Part shown: positions 62,198 to 64,000 of the stretch, piece after piece
How the letters are laid out: the number at the start of each line of letters is the position of its first letter
Position numbering within the stretch: position 1 is the first letter of the stretch
NCBI GenBank assembly: GCA_964106645.2
Contig: OZ067042.1
Length of the DNA: 64,000 bases
Origin: Podarcis pityusensis
Lineage: Eukaryota
Reading direction: 5' to 3' (one strand)
The notes under the pieces: model-generated
What the model saw: the letters and a program-made list of their open reading frames with translations, nothing else
Databases searched by the model: none
What the model was told of the DNA's origin: nothing
Made by a program: the position numbers and the translations under genes

Positions 62198-64000
62198 AGA
62201 TAGAATCTGATATTTTCATTGTGCCGTGATGCTGGATTACCCAAAAAAGGAGATAGCACTCTTTTGCATAGCTGGTTATACAATGGACAATAGAAGAGAA
62301 TGTATTCTACAATAAAAACACTCTCTCACATTTAATGTCCCCAAACTGCGCAACAGGTGGCTGTTGCCCATTGAGTGGAAGGCAGAGAGGCCAGTCGTAG
62401 GTGGAGCCAGAGCCAATGACAGGTAGAGACAACTAATTCTACTTTTGTCCCCATCCTCTTCCCTGCTGAGTTCTACCAGGGCAAAACTGACACTAAGAAG
62501 GAGGAGGCTGACAGCCAGTGCCACCCCCAGAAAGGATGCAAGTAAGAAGGCAGGTAGGTGGAAGCAGGCTGAGGGCAGGCTAAGGTTGATGGGGCAGTGA
62601 CCCATTTCCCATAATGAACCAGCCTCCTTTTGCAGTGATGCCCTGAACATCTTTACTCCAATCAAGTCCCGCTCTTCATCTGAAGTTGGAAAGGACAGAT
62701 CCTAACGCTGTAATTTCTAGCAACGTTAGAATCTCTATATCCCCAGCTGCAATGCTTTTCCAGGGTAGTGGAGGGCAGCTGTTTGAAGAATACGGTACCT
62801 ATAAATACCTTGAATGAATATCACATATTCAAAGTTATATTTATCCCTGAAATAGATTGTGGCCAGCTGTAAAGTTTGCAGAAATTTGTGAAATATATTT
62901 TAATATCCCTGCATTAGAAAGGAATTATTGCTTTTTAATATTACGGGTAGCCACCTATCCCCTCCTGTATAGATACATTTCTTGGGTGATTTCATTATAT
63001 GCTTAATAATGCTACCAATAAGCTCAGATTTCCTTTGAATAAAAATGATTGGAAACAATATCTACCCCAAAGCATCTTTAATGTCGTTAGAGAAGGGTAG
63101 GAGTAAATTAAGCGGTATTTAGCCACCAAAGTCTTTAATTTCATTGCATCTGAGTGGGAGTGAGACATTATGAGGTCCAATTTAAAAAGTCACTAATGTT
63201 TTTACATCTGAGTAGGAGTAAATTAAACAAAATCAGTCCTGAACTGCTAATATCATTTTAATTGAATGTCATTCAGTTTCTAGCTGCTGCTACTTTACAG
63301 CGGACGGTGAGATGGCTATGGCACAACTGTTGCCAGCCAAGGTGTCACGGCTATGAGAAATGAAACTATGGTTATGTGACAGGCAGGACAAGGACTAGAA
63401 TTTGGTACTGGTGTAGAAAACCCAGGGTCCTTGCATTGAAGCCTGCATGCAACCATTTAAAATATTGCACAAATAAGATCTAAACTGCCAAGCCCGGTCA
63501 TTATTACCAATGTACATTTTACAGCAGAAACCATATAGAAGATGGGTTTTTATGGAGGCTGAGAAGTCGAATGAATAAATGAAATTAGTTTGGCCATGTA
63601 TAATTCATGGTTTGGCTCAGTGCTGAGATCTTGATAGCGGGAGGAATTAGAGGTTGTGCTGTTGCAAGTGTGCTGCAAGCTCAAGCATTTCTGCTTGCCC
63701 AGTGGAATGATTGCCCCCCTCTGCGTGCCAATTTGGGGGCACCAGAGGGGGAACAAAAGGAGGAAAAGACCCATTGTGCTAACAGAAGTCCTGGCACAGG
63801 CTTCCACTAGTTGAATCCAACCAGCTAGTTGAATCCAATCCTGTAAGGCAAACCATGCACACACTTTGAATTTATTTATTTTTAATATATTTTTTGCAAA
63901 AGTATACCACACAAGCAAACACAACTGAATCACAGGCCAGGGGGTGGGATTGGGATTATACCTTTTGTCTGACAAACAGCAGACCCTTAAATGCTGAAAG

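Overview
Vertebrate genomic DNA, most likely a lacertid lizard (inferred from Sauria-type SINEs and tRNA-Lys/CR1-tail SINEs). Positions 1-~23.9 kb hold the last 17 coding exons and 3' UTR of JMJD1C (+ strand, KDM3-family JmjC protein). The exons splice GT-AG in one continuous frame, stop at 22797-22799, and have an N gap in the UTR. The complete 4-exon NRBF2 gene (286 aa) lies convergently on the - strand at 32020-39853, with a CpG-island promoter at ~39.7-40.4 kb. The remaining ~24 kb has no host gene and is rich in transposons. By amniote synteny it should be the start of the NRBF2-EGR2 regulatory desert. Notable items: (1) a bounded, nearly intact Chapaev3-type DNA transposon in a JMJD1C intron; (2) a hAT MITE sitting on a JMJD1C branch-point region; (3) a young hAT derivative carrying a CpG-rich, hairpin-forming, promoter-like segment in front of the transposase dimerisation domain; (4) a Tigger-like MITE carrying an E-box/GATA minisatellite; (5) Penelope remnants with degenerate hammerhead cores; (6) candidate EGR2 enhancers and CTCF sites. 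I see no evidence of a wholly new multi-gene system; the findings are local hypotheses that need testing.
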